Shown here in pieces: positions 39,983 through 49,854 of a stretch of DNA of 64,000 nucleotides (position 1 is its first letter; every line of letters starts with the position of its first letter). The stretch is from Acidobacteriota bacterium (GTDB lineage Bacteria > Acidobacteriota > UBA890 > WLXD01). The notes under the pieces are model-generated. The model had not been told where the DNA came from. It made no database searches and saw nothing but the letters and a program-made list of their open reading frames with translations. The stretch covers positions 1,504,001-1,568,000 of the forward strand of contig CBDFKD010000002.1 in the NCBI GenBank assembly GCA_965248695.1, in the 5' to 3' direction. Both the position numbers and the translations under genes were made by a program.

Positions 39983-40171
39983 CTAGACGACGCGATCACC
40001 ACCGCGCAAATGACGGATGAGGGCGGCCCACAGGCCGATTTCTCCGGCCGCCCCGATGGTGGCGAAGGCGACGAACAGCGCCCCGGCCCCCGCCACTAAC
40101 GCGAGGGGATAGCCGATCAGCGCCATCGCCGCGAAGATCAGCAGCTTAGTTCGTTTAGCCAGCAACTTCAT
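39983..40171 (-). CDS. Small hypothetical membrane protein
   Basis: MKLLAKRTK followed by two hydrophobic segments; overlaps sco stop. Confidence 0.5.
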   Translation of the reverse strand: MKLLAKRTKLLIFAAMALIGYPLALVAGAGALFVAFATIGAAGEIGLWAALIRHLRGGDRVV

Positions 40172-40823
40172 CGAGGACCTGCCTGACGCCGTCAGCAATA
40201 AACTCCGGCGCGTCGTCCGGGCGGAACGTGTAGCGTACGCGCCCCTCACCGTCGATTAGGTAGGTATACGTCGAGTGGCCGAAGATTGTTCCTTCGGCGG
40301 ACTCCGAGGCAACCTCATATAAGCCCGCGTAGGCCGCCACCACCTCGTCGATCTGCGCCGCCGAGCCGGTGAGGCCAATGGCGCGGATACCGAAGTAGGC
40401 CAGATACTCCCCTACCCGCGCCGGCTGGTCGTGCTCCGGATCGATGCTCACGAAGAGAGCCGAGACTCCCGCTGCTCGATCGCCGAGCCGATCGGATGCC
40501 TGCGCCAGCAGCGACAGGGTCGCCGGACAGAAATCCGGACAGCGTGTGTAACCGAAGAACAGCAGAAACACCTCGCCGCGATGGGCGGCGAGATCGAACA
40601 ACGACCCATCGTGCGCCTCGAGAACGAAGTCACCGCCAATGTTGAACTGCTGCAGGACCGGCGCAGCGACAGGTGCCCTCGCCAGCGAGGCGGCCGGCTC
40701 TTCGGCGACGACCTCCGGCGGCCCGTCTTCACGTGTCGACGCCAGGAACACCGCCCCCACCAGGACGATGGAGGCAAGAGCCAGCAGGCGGAGGGTTTTC
40801 TGCAACTCAGTCCTCTGCGCCAC
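40155..40823 (-). CDS. SCO1/SenC copper chaperone
   Basis: FFGYTRCPDFCP, SIDPEHD, HSTYTYLID; N-terminal TM. Confidence 0.95.
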   Translation of the reverse strand: MAQRTELQKTLRLLALASIVLVGAVFLASTREDGPPEVVAEEPAASLARAPVAAPVLQQFNIGGDFVLEAHDGSLFDLAAHRGEVFLLFFGYTRCPDFCPATLSLLAQASDRLGDRAAGVSALFVSIDPEHDQPARVGEYLAYFGIRAIGLTGSAAQIDEVVAAYAGLYEVASESAEGTIFGHSTYTYLIDGEGRVRYTFRPDDAPEFIADGVRQVLDEVAG

Positions 40824-41589
40824 GCGGACGAACCGGAACGCTCAGTCGGCGCGCGGTGTTGCTCTCGAAGTAGAGCGTCATCTCGACCACGTCGCCGGCG
40901 ACGAGGGGACCCTTGAGCCCATTGAGCATGAGATGGAACCCACCGGGGGCCAGTTGCAGGCGCCCCTCGGCATCGGGCTCCAGGCGTTCCACCGGTTCCA
41001 TCGCTGTGGAGCCGCCCTCCTCTCGCGTTGCATGTACCCGCGCACGCGCCCCCTTGGCTTCAACTTGGATGAGGGCGTCGGGCTCCTCCGGATCGGTGAC
41101 CAGCGTCATGTACCCGGCAGTAACGGTGGCCCCTGGAGGCGTTTCCGCAACCCAGGCGTCCTCGACGTCGACACGCTCCGACTCGGGTCGCTGCAGGGAT
41201 ACCACGAAGCTGGCCAGCTGCTGAAGCTGTTCTGGCGTCAGGTGGGAAAAGGCGGGCATCGCGGCGCCGTCTTCGCTGAAGCCAGAGGCGATCGACACCG
41301 CCACCGCGTCCACGCCGATGCCGGCTTTGTATGCCCCGGGATCGCGGTAGTCGCGCGGCGGCGGATTCATGTACGCGGCGTTGGGACCGCGGCCGCTACC
41401 GTCGGAGCCGTGACAGTTGGCGCAGCCGTTGTTGTCGTAGATCCCCCGGCCGGCGGCAATATCAGCGGCCAGCAGAGCGGTCGGGTCGGGGCCAGGCAAC
41501 TCGGTCGAATCGGCGCAACCTGCAACGAAGATCGACACGGCGATCCCGGTCGTCGCGATCGTGCGTCGAGTGATCATCATCTTGTCCAT
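40807..41589 (-). CDS. Lipoprotein fusing cytochrome c and PCuAC copper chaperone
   Basis: Lipobox VAGC; CANCH and MPAF; H-x10-M-x21-H-x-M motif; start may be a few codons later. Confidence 0.85.
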   Translation of the reverse strand: MDKMMITRRTIATTGIAVSIFVAGCADSTELPGPDPTALLAADIAAGRGIYDNNGCANCHGSDGSGRGPNAAYMNPPPRDYRDPGAYKAGIGVDAVAVSIASGFSEDGAAMPAFSHLTPEQLQQLASFVVSLQRPESERVDVEDAWVAETPPGATVTAGYMTLVTDPEEPDALIQVEAKGARARVHATREEGGSTAMEPVERLEPDAEGRLQLAPGGFHLMLNGLKGPLVAGDVVEMTLYFESNTARRLSVPVRPRGAED

Positions 41590-41593
41590 GATG

Positions 41594-42040
41594 TCAGACG
41601 TCGGCGCCTGACGCCGATCCGCGCCACCGCTGCGCCAACGTGTGCACCGCAATGGCCAGCGGCATGGCGGCGAACGTGAGAACAACCAGACTGGCGAGAG
41701 GTAGCACGATCAGCGTCGTCAGGGCATTGGCGGGATATGACGCCGGTGGGGCGCCCTCCATCGCCGCCAGCATGCGGCCGGTGCCGACCAGAATCCCCGG
41801 CGCAGCGATCAACGCCTGGATGGTCAGGTTCTGAACTCCGATCCTGCCGCTCAACTCGCCCGAGCTCGCCACCGCCGCGCTGGTCGCCGCCAGCATCCAG
41901 CCCAGGAACCAGAGACCCAGAATCGTCGACCAGGTCTCCAGTGCCCCGGGCCATCTCCCTGGCGGCAACAGAAACCGCAACACTGCCACCGCCCCGACCA
42001 GCAGCATGAAGCTCCGCTCAGCACGAAACAGCGTGCGCAT
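41594..42040 (-). CDS. Hypothetical membrane protein
   Basis: Four hydrophobic segments; co-oriented just upstream of the cytochrome c-PCuAC gene. Confidence 0.55.
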   Translation of the reverse strand: MRTLFRAERSFMLLVGAVAVLRFLLPPGRWPGALETWSTILGLWFLGWMLAATSAAVASSGELSGRIGVQNLTIQALIAAPGILVGTGRMLAAMEGAPPASYPANALTTLIVLPLASLVVLTFAAMPLAIAVHTLAQRWRGSASGADV

Positions 42041-42184
42041 GTCGGTCAAATTCAAGCTCCTGCGGATCGGCAGCGGATCTGCTTGCCGGATTCCCGAATC
42101 AGGCACTCTCCTACGGATCGGGCGGCGCCGGTGGCCAGGATCCTATCGCGCCCGGGACGGCCCCACATCGACTACGATGCCTGC

Positions 42185-43222
42185 ATGGGCACCTGGGATC
42201 AGGTCCGCACGCTGACCGTCGAGATCGAGGGCTACGACCTTTCCGGGCACGTCAGTGACTGGCGTCGCACGAGCGTGATACGTCTCTTTGGCGGCGGCCA
42301 CGAAGGCCTCGGGGAGGATCCGAACTACGAGCCTTCCGAGCAGGAGGCCTTCCAGAGCGCCGGCCCGACTCTACCTCTGAGCGAACACCGAACGCTCGAT
42401 GAGCTGTCCTCGCTGCTCGATACGCTCCCCGTGTTTGCCACCCCGCCAACGTATCCGGGCACAGAGCACTATCGCCGCTGGGCCTTCGAGAGCGCCGCGC
42501 TCGACCTGGCGTTGCGCCAGTCAGGCCTCAGCCTGGCGCTGCAGTTGGAGCTCGACGTGCGACCACTGACGTTCGTGTCGTCCTTGCATCTGGACTCTCC
42601 GGACAAGATGCCGCGCCTTCGCGCACTGCTCGAAGCACAGCCGGGGCTGGAGCTGAAGCTCGATGCCACCGACGTGTGGACCGATGAGCTGATCGACGAG
42701 CTGGCCGGCACGGGCGCGGTGCGGGTAGTCGACTTCAAGGGCGCCTACCACGGCACCCCGGTCGATCAGACCGCCGACCCGGCGCTCTACCGCCGCGTTC
42801 TGGACGGGCTGCCGGGCAACGTGCTGATCGAGGATCCACATGGCGAGCCGGCGATCGAGGCAATGCTGGAGCCGCACCGTCACCGGGTGACGTGGGACGC
42901 GCCGATCCATTCGCTCGAAGACATCCGGGCGCTGCGCCACCAGCCGCAGATCATCAACTTCAAGCCCTCGCGCTTCGGAACGCTGCAACGGCTGTTCGAT
43001 GCCTATGATTACTGCCTTGAGGTCGGCATCGACATCTACGGCGGGGGCCAGTTCGAGCTCGGAATCGGCCGTGACCAGATTCAGTACCTTGCGGCGATGT
43101 TTCACCCGCACGCGCCCAACGACGTGGCGCCGTCGGCATACAACACCAGCGATACGTTCGACGATCTGCCCGGCACACCGCTGGAGCTGCGACCGGCGGC
43201 GACCGGGTTTCGCCTCGACTGA
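42185..43222 (+). CDS. Enolase-superfamily-like hypothetical protein
   Basis: ESAALDLAL, KLD, DFKG, IEDP, TWD, NFKPSR acid/lysine pattern. Confidence 0.6.
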   Translation: MGTWDQVRTLTVEIEGYDLSGHVSDWRRTSVIRLFGGGHEGLGEDPNYEPSEQEAFQSAGPTLPLSEHRTLDELSSLLDTLPVFATPPTYPGTEHYRRWAFESAALDLALRQSGLSLALQLELDVRPLTFVSSLHLDSPDKMPRLRALLEAQPGLELKLDATDVWTDELIDELAGTGAVRVVDFKGAYHGTPVDQTADPALYRRVLDGLPGNVLIEDPHGEPAIEAMLEPHRHRVTWDAPIHSLEDIRALRHQPQIINFKPSRFGTLQRLFDAYDYCLEVGIDIYGGGQFELGIGRDQIQYLAAMFHPHAPNDVAPSAYNTSDTFDDLPGTPLELRPAATGFRLD

Positions 43223-43250
43223 GCCAACGAGATCGAAGCGAGAAGCTGAC

Positions 43251-44561
43251 ATGTTGGCGTCCCCACACCCACCAGAATCCTCCCGCGCCGGCTGGTGGCC
43301 ACGTCTACTGCTCGTCTCGCTGGCCTCGCTGGCGACCGTCGCCTGCGGCAACTCCCTCTACCTTCGCGCCGGATTCGATTCGGTTCCCGAACCCGCGACG
43401 CCGGCATGGCGCCTCGTGCTGCTGGGTGACGGCGGCGACGACAACGCGGCGCGCACGGCCGTGCTTGCCGCAGCGAGCGACTACGTGGCCGAAGCGCCAG
43501 AGCGCACTACGATCATCTGGCTGGGGGACAACCTGTACAGCCGCGGTCTTCCCGCCGACGACGAGACGGACGCCGAATCGATTGCCGAGCGCCAGCGCGG
43601 CGAGCTCGTGTTACGAGCCCAGATGGAACTGGGGACGGCGGGCGGACGAGCCTACTTCGTCCCCGGCAATCACGACTGGGATCGCTCGGGTCGGCGCGGT
43701 CTGGCGCGAGTCCGCGCCGCCGACCGTTTCATCGCCACCGGACCTGCGTCACGGCAGGCACCGCCAGACGGCTGCCCGGGCCCGGTCTGGGTCGACCTGG
43801 AGCCCGGCGCCAGCGCAAATGCAATCGATGCGCCGACGATCCGTTTGCTGTTCATCGATACGGAGTGGCTATTGACTACCGAGCACGCGCGCGGCTGGGA
43901 GGGATGCTCTTGGGGTCGCCTCGATGCCGGCAGCGAATACGCCGGCGTCGAGGCCGAGCCGGCGCAAGTCTACGGCAGGCTCGTGCAAGGGCTGCGGGAA
44001 GCAGACGAGCATGAGCTCCTGACGGTGGTCGCCGGCCACCATCCGATCTACACCGCGGGATCGCATGGTGGGTTCTTTCCGCTCGACGAGTGGATCTTCT
44101 CGCCGCGGATGCTCAAGAAGTGGGCGTGGATTCCGATCCCGGTGCTCGGGCCGCTGCTGCGCAGGATCGGCGGCGCAAGTAGGGGACAGGACCTCTGGGC
44201 CGCCAGTAACAAGGAGATGGTGAGCAGCCTGCAGAACGCTTTCGCCAGCTATCCGCCGCTGCTATACGCCGCCGGACACGAGCATGACCTCCAGGTGTTC
44301 CGCGACCGGGGCACCCTACCGACCACCTACGCAATCAGCGGTAGCGCCTCCAAATCGACGCCTACCTCGCGGCGCGACAACACGCTCTTCAAGAGCCGTG
44401 ACCATGGCTTCATGGTGCTGGAGGCGTCCGCCGACAGTGTTCGAGCTGATGGCGCCCGGTTGCGTGTGGTGGCGGTGGACAAGGAGTCCGGCCGCCGGCG
44501 GGTACCGTTCTGCGCCGATCTGTTTCGCCGGCGCCCCGCCGCTGCCTGCGACGGATCCTGA
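43251..44561 (+). CDS. Calcineurin-like metallophosphoesterase, lipoprotein
   Basis: LGDGG, GDNLY, PGNHD, GHHP, GHEH; lipobox-like TVAC. Confidence 0.9.
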   Translation: MLASPHPPESSRAGWWPRLLLVSLASLATVACGNSLYLRAGFDSVPEPATPAWRLVLLGDGGDDNAARTAVLAAASDYVAEAPERTTIIWLGDNLYSRGLPADDETDAESIAERQRGELVLRAQMELGTAGGRAYFVPGNHDWDRSGRRGLARVRAADRFIATGPASRQAPPDGCPGPVWVDLEPGASANAIDAPTIRLLFIDTEWLLTTEHARGWEGCSWGRLDAGSEYAGVEAEPAQVYGRLVQGLREADEHELLTVVAGHHPIYTAGSHGGFFPLDEWIFSPRMLKKWAWIPIPVLGPLLRRIGGASRGQDLWAASNKEMVSSLQNAFASYPPLLYAAGHEHDLQVFRDRGTLPTTYAISGSASKSTPTSRRDNTLFKSRDHGFMVLEASADSVRADGARLRVVAVDKESGRRRVPFCADLFRRRPAAACDGS

Positions 44562-44622
44562 CTCCGTTCGTGGTCCTCTCGGCCTGCCCCATCGAGCACG
44601 TTGATACGCGCCGTCGGACGAG

Positions 44623-45000
44623 CTACCGCGATGCGTAGACCAAGAACGAGCCGGCGAACATGGCCAGCGATCCGTAGAGACGTGTCGCCACGCTCCCCTG
44701 TCGCTGGGCGAAGCGCGTCAGCGCCACCAGCCGCGATGCGTCGGACAACGCCAAACCGGCAACTAGCACCATTGCGGCGCCGAGCACCCGCGCCAACGTC
44801 GGCAGGCGACTGCCACCACCGGCGACCAGCAGCAAGATGCCCGCCACCAGCTTCGCGATCACTACGGCACGCAGCCACCCGCCTTCCTCGATGTGACGAA
44901 TCGCCTCGGTCACCCGCGTCGGCGAGCGCATCGCCGTGATGCCGATCATCGCGATCACGATGCCGATCAACTGCACGGCGACGTTCAGCACCGGGGTCAT
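44623..45000 (-). CDS. Hypothetical membrane protein
   Basis: Four hydrophobic segments; ATG overlaps peptidase stop. Confidence 0.55.
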   Translation of the reverse strand: MTPVLNVAVQLIGIVIAMIGITAMRSPTRVTEAIRHIEEGGWLRAVVIAKLVAGILLLVAGGGSRLPTLARVLGAAMVLVAGLALSDASRLVALTRFAQRQGSVATRLYGSLAMFAGSFLVYASR

Positions 45001-46100
45001 GTTCCGATGACTCGCAGCTGGCGCGGGAAGGACGTGAGGCTGACGGGCCCTTCGTCGGTGACCCAGATGTCGTCTTCGATGCGGACTCCGCCCCACCCCT
45101 CCATGTAGAGGCCGGGCTCGACGGTGATCACTGTTCCGGCTCCGAGCGGATCGTGATTCCCCTCCATCACCGACGGGGGCTCGTGGATGTCCACCCCCAG
45201 CCCATGGCCGGTGCGGTGCTTGAAATATCCGCTGAACTCTTCCGCCTGCAGGGGTGCGGCAGCGGCCATGTGGACATCGTGCGCCGTGGTACCGACGCTG
45301 GCGCGCGCACAGCCGGCGGCATTGCCGGCGCGCACCGCTTCGTAGACGGCGCGTTGACGCTCATCCGGCTCGGCGCCGACAACGAAGGTGCGAGTGATGT
45401 CGCTGTGGTAACCGTCGTAGCTGGTGCCGAAATCGATCAGCAGGAAATCACCTACTGCCAGCGGCCGCTCGTCCGGTGTGCCGTGGGGCAGGGCGCTCTT
45501 GGGGCCCCCCAGAACGATGGGGCCGAACGAGATTCCCTCGCCTCCCTTGCCGAGCATCCTGCCGATGAGCTCGGCGGCAACCTGCTTTTCGGTCATGCCC
45601 ACACGCACCAGCTGAAGGGTCTCCTCCAGCGCCGCTTCGCAGATCTCGGCCGCCGTGCGAATACGCCCTGCCTCGTCGGCGTCCTTGAACTGTCGTAGTG
45701 AGTTGACCGCCGTGTCGGCCGAGACGACGCGTGCTCCCGGCAGATGCTGTTGGAGCACCGACACCTCCATGTATCGCAAGCCGAGCGGCTCGATGGCCAC
45801 GGTCTTGGCGCCGGCAAAGCGCGCGCAGGCGGCGGCGGCGGCTTCGTGAGGTCCATCCTTGTCGTCCCACAACCACACCTGCGGCACACCCGGAACCGAG
45901 GTGGACCAGTTGTTCTCCTCCAGCAAAGGGACCACGGCACCGGGCTCTCCCTCGGCGGGTACGAAAAGTAGGAACAGGCGCTCGTGGGAGTCGAACGAGT
46001 GGCCGGTGAAGTAGGTCATGCTCGGCCCGGGGTTGAGCACCACCAGGTCGGCACCGGCGGCCCCAGCCGCCCGCTGCAGGGCGCCTATGCGGTCGGTCAT
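44997..46100 (-). CDS. M24 Xaa-Pro peptidase
   Basis: ALPH, IDFG, SDITRT, HRTGHGLG, VEPGLY, RIEDD. Confidence 0.95.
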   Translation of the reverse strand: MTDRIGALQRAAGAAGADLVVLNPGPSMTYFTGHSFDSHERLFLLFVPAEGEPGAVVPLLEENNWSTSVPGVPQVWLWDDKDGPHEAAAAACARFAGAKTVAIEPLGLRYMEVSVLQQHLPGARVVSADTAVNSLRQFKDADEAGRIRTAAEICEAALEETLQLVRVGMTEKQVAAELIGRMLGKGGEGISFGPIVLGGPKSALPHGTPDERPLAVGDFLLIDFGTSYDGYHSDITRTFVVGAEPDERQRAVYEAVRAGNAAGCARASVGTTAHDVHMAAAAPLQAEEFSGYFKHRTGHGLGVDIHEPPSVMEGNHDPLGAGTVITVEPGLYMEGWGGVRIEDDIWVTDEGPVSLTSFPRQLRVIGT

Positions 46101-46214
46101 CCTCTCCTCCGGGGGGTTCGCGCGTACCGGCGACGGATATGGTGCGCGCGATCATATCGCACCGTATATCAACTAGGATGGGCGCCCTGACACCACTCAG
46201 CTCAGGAGTACTCG

Positions 46215-47186
46215 ATGTCCGCGCGCGCCACTGTTGCTCCGTTGCTTGTTGCCGTCTCCGTAGTCGGCTTGTCGTCGTGGGCGGCGCAGGAAACCACCGG
46301 CAGCACGGCGAATGATGCCGCACCGACGCGCATGGCGGAGTCGGCGGCGACGCGCAAGAAGGTCCTGCTAATCGGCATCGATGGAATCCGTGTCGACATG
46401 CTGGCGCGGGCGGACACTCCCAATCTCGATGCGTTGATCGCCGCCGGGGCGTTCTCGGCCGACGCCCGCACCAGGCCGATCACGGTCAGCGGCCCCGGAT
46501 GGTCGAGCATGCTGACCGGCGTGTGGATGGAGAAGCACCGAGTCGAGAGCAACGACTTCACCGGCAACAACTACGCCGAGTACCCGGATTTCCTGACCCG
46601 TATCGAGCAGGTTCGCCCGCAGCTCAGCACCTACGCGGTGATCCACTGGCCGGCAATGGGAACAACCGCCGACGGCGGCCCGATGATCAGTCGGCTCGTA
46701 GACGTGCTGGTAAACATCAACGGCGACGCCATCGGCTATGCGACCGCGGACGCCGAGGTGGTGTCGATCGCCAGCCATTACCTGCGCGTCGGTGATCCGG
46801 ACGCCAGCTTTGTGTACATGACCAACACCGACAGCGTGGCGCATGAGACGGACTCGTTCTCGCCCGAATACCGCGCTGCCGTCGAGCTCGCCGATCGTCG
46901 CGTTGGCGAGCTCGTTGCGGCGGTAAAGGCGCGCCCCACCTACGCCCAGGAGGACTGGCTGATCCTCTCCAGCACCGACCACGGGCGCGCCGACGATGGT
47001 AGTCACGGCGAGAACTCGATCGAAGAGCTGACCATTTACTACCTGGCCAGTGGCCCCTCGGCCGATCCGGCGGCGTTGGCCGCCCCGCCCCACATCGTCG
47101 ACATCGCGCCCACGGCGCTGGCACACCTGGGCATCGAGGTCGATCCGGCGTGGGACCTGGACGGGCGCGTCAACGGGCTTCGCTAG
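46215..47186 (+). CDS. Alkaline phosphatase superfamily (nucleotide pyrophosphatase-like) protein
   Basis: IGIDG, TVSGPGWSSMLTG, DSVAH, TDHG; signal peptide. Confidence 0.88.
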   Translation: MSARATVAPLLVAVSVVGLSSWAAQETTGSTANDAAPTRMAESAATRKKVLLIGIDGIRVDMLARADTPNLDALIAAGAFSADARTRPITVSGPGWSSMLTGVWMEKHRVESNDFTGNNYAEYPDFLTRIEQVRPQLSTYAVIHWPAMGTTADGGPMISRLVDVLVNINGDAIGYATADAEVVSIASHYLRVGDPDASFVYMTNTDSVAHETDSFSPEYRAAVELADRRVGELVAAVKARPTYAQEDWLILSSTDHGRADDGSHGENSIEELTIYYLASGPSADPAALAAPPHIVDIAPTALAHLGIEVDPAWDLDGRVNGLR

Positions 47187-47294
47187 GCGCAAGCTCTCGG
47201 CACCGCGGCGACCGAGGTGACGGCGGCGGGTGCTAGGGTCCTACGCTGTTCGTCGAATCTCAAACACACTAGATCGGTACCGGGAGCAGAGAAC

Positions 47295-49814
47295 ATGCGG
47301 TCGCGCACGGGTATAGTCGCAGTGGCATTGGCGTCAGTTGCGGGCGGGTGTGGTGACCGCCTAGCACCCGATACCAGACCGCCGGTGCCGACTTTCTGCG
47401 GAAACTCTGCAGCAGAGCAACTGAATCCGTCTGTCCCTCCCTACGACTTCCGGGTGCAGGCCGGAATCAACTCTTCGGATACGCTCCACGACGCTTTGAT
47501 CCGGGTCAGGGCAGAGCTCTCGTACACCGGCGACTCCGATCGGAACGGGGACGAGATCACAACGATTTGTGTCGATCCTGGTACGTATCCGGGGGGTGTT
47601 GTGATCGATCTGAACGATTTCGATCACCCGTTGTTCATCTATGGCGCAGCGGGAAGCAGTTTCACCAGCATCTCGGGAGTACAACCGCACGAAGTGGCCC
47701 ACCATGCCATTGCGATTCGAGGAATTCGCACTGGTTTCTTGGGGGAGTCGGCGCCCGCCGCCGCCGGACCGGGGGAGGAGCCTGTCTTTCGCCCGGCGCG
47801 TCCGGAAGTCACACTGCGGGGCCTCGACATCTCGGGTTGGGATCGCTTCAACGCTAGCGATGGGCTCGAACAGGATGACCACGGTGGCGGTGCAATCTTC
47901 GCCGACTACGCGTTCGTTCGCCTCGAAGAGGACGTCTTCGGCGCCAACGGGAGGCACCCTCGCGGCGGAGCCGTAGCTGCCGACTCCGCCACGCTGGAGA
48001 TTCACCTCACCGAGCTACGCGGCAATAACAGCGTTGCCGGGGGCGCCGTGGCAGTGCATCAGACCGACTTGTCTGTGACCGACTGCCAACTGACGGACAA
48101 CACAGCCAGCGGGTATGGCGGAGCGATCTTCGTCGAGGGATTCGACACCGCGGTTGCTCAACGGCCAGTTGAGCTCCGAGTGTCTGGTTCGACGTTCGAG
48201 AACAACGAGGCCAGCAATGAGGGCAGCTTCTATTCCGCTGGCGGTGCGCTGTTGATCAGCAGAGAGGTAGATGCTGAGATCGAGGACTCGTCCTTCGTAG
48301 GTAACGCCGCGCTCAGTCCGCAGTCGACGTCACAAGGATTAGGGACAACAGGTGGTGCCATTCAGATCGGGCAACAGATTACCGGCAGCGTTCACATCAC
48401 GAGGGTAGCGTTTGAGGAAAACCGAGCACGGGACGCAGGAGGCGCGATCTGGGCCTCCGCCGGCACCGTGCCCGTCGTGATAGAGGAGAGTTCGTTCGTA
48501 GGCAACGAAACCCTGGTTCCGGTGATCGGAGGCGGAGGCGCCATCTCCACCGGGCGTCCGTTTTCGATCTCGAGCACGCACTTCGAAGGAAACGCGGCGT
48601 GGTTCGGCGGTGCAATCGCCAGCGGAGCCGATCTCGTTGTAGACGCGGACTCCACGTTCGACCTCAATCACGCAGAAACCCACGGTGGTGGGATTCGCGC
48701 GTTCGGCAGCGCCTCGGTGCAGCTTACTGATGCGGTCTTCACCAACAACAACGCCGGAACCGGGGATGGAGGCGCCATCCGCTCCACGGGGGACGACCTG
48801 ATCGTCGAGAACGTCGAGTTCATCGAGAACACCGCCGCCGATGAAGGAGGTGCTGTGTCGTTCGTTTTCGGCCCCACCACTCCCCTTGATTTGCTCAGCC
48901 TCAGCAACGTCACCTTCGAGGGCAACGCCGCTGGCTCCGACGGCGGCGGCCTGAGGGTAAGTTGCGGGAATGTCGTGACCTTGTCCGGTATCGCACTTCT
49001 GCAGAACACCGATTTCGTCGACAACGAGTCCGGAGGGCGCGGAGGTGGGGTGTTCTCCCTCAACTGCATCCTCTCCCGCCTCGGAGGGACCTATTCGGGC
49101 AACTCCGCCGTGCTCGAGGGCGGAGCGATCTACTCGGGGGATCCAGCTCCGGGCACAGCGGGACCATCGAGCCTTTTCCAGGTCGACCTACGTGGCAACT
49201 CGGCGCCGCTGGGCGGGGCCATCTACAGCTCGCGTAACCATCTCCGGCTCGCCAATGTGCTGGTGGTGGAGAACGAAGCCTCCCACGGCTCGATCTACCT
49301 GCACGGGCCCAGCGCTAATGACGTTCCGCCGCTCGACCTGAGCTTCGTGACCGTGGCGGGCAACCAAGGTCTGCTCCGCGGCGGGATCGTATGTTCTGAA
49401 CCGGCATCGATACTCGCGGACTGTTTCGGTCCCACCATCAACAACTCGGTCATTGCTTTCAATGAGCACACCGCGACGTTCCCCAGCCTGGTGCTCGGCC
49501 AGGTTTCGGGTACCGCTCTCGGGTCGAACAACATCGTCTACGGGGGCTCGCCGCTCCCCTCAGGAGCCCCTGGTTGGCAGAGCAACCACGGTTTCGTGGC
49601 CGACGGCAACAACTCCTATCCGTATACAGACGACTGGCCCTTTGACACGTCGGTATACGCGGTCGGTACGTACGACTACCATCCGGATGCGGCGCTCTGT
49701 GCGGCGGGCCCCTGCAGCCCGCTAGTTAATGCCGCAGATCCTGCCCAAGGCCTCGATGCCGACGGCTCACTACCAGACATCGGAGCCTACGGGGGACCGG
49801 ACGGCGTCTGGTAG
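47295..49814 (+). CDS. Lipoprotein with Pmp-like GGA(I/V/L)/FxxN parallel beta-helix repeats
   Basis: AGGC lipobox-like; about 16 GGAI/GGAV/GGGI motifs with FxxN; C-terminal DIGAYGG. Confidence 0.8.
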   Translation: MRSRTGIVAVALASVAGGCGDRLAPDTRPPVPTFCGNSAAEQLNPSVPPYDFRVQAGINSSDTLHDALIRVRAELSYTGDSDRNGDEITTICVDPGTYPGGVVIDLNDFDHPLFIYGAAGSSFTSISGVQPHEVAHHAIAIRGIRTGFLGESAPAAAGPGEEPVFRPARPEVTLRGLDISGWDRFNASDGLEQDDHGGGAIFADYAFVRLEEDVFGANGRHPRGGAVAADSATLEIHLTELRGNNSVAGGAVAVHQTDLSVTDCQLTDNTASGYGGAIFVEGFDTAVAQRPVELRVSGSTFENNEASNEGSFYSAGGALLISREVDAEIEDSSFVGNAALSPQSTSQGLGTTGGAIQIGQQITGSVHITRVAFEENRARDAGGAIWASAGTVPVVIEESSFVGNETLVPVIGGGGAISTGRPFSISSTHFEGNAAWFGGAIASGADLVVDADSTFDLNHAETHGGGIRAFGSASVQLTDAVFTNNNAGTGDGGAIRSTGDDLIVENVEFIENTAADEGGAVSFVFGPTTPLDLLSLSNVTFEGNAAGSDGGGLRVSCGNVVTLSGIALLQNTDFVDNESGGRGGGVFSLNCILSRLGGTYSGNSAVLEGGAIYSGDPAPGTAGPSSLFQVDLRGNSAPLGGAIYSSRNHLRLANVLVVENEASHGSIYLHGPSANDVPPLDLSFVTVAGNQGLLRGGIVCSEPASILADCFGPTINNSVIAFNEHTATFPSLVLGQVSGTALGSNNIVYGGSPLPSGAPGWQSNHGFVADGNNSYPYTDDWPFDTSVYAVGTYDYHPDAALCAAGPCSPLVNAADPAQGLDADGSLPDIGAYGGPDGVW

Positions 49815-49854
49815 CACACTCCTCGCCCAGGCACGCAGATGCTCCCGGGGCCGC

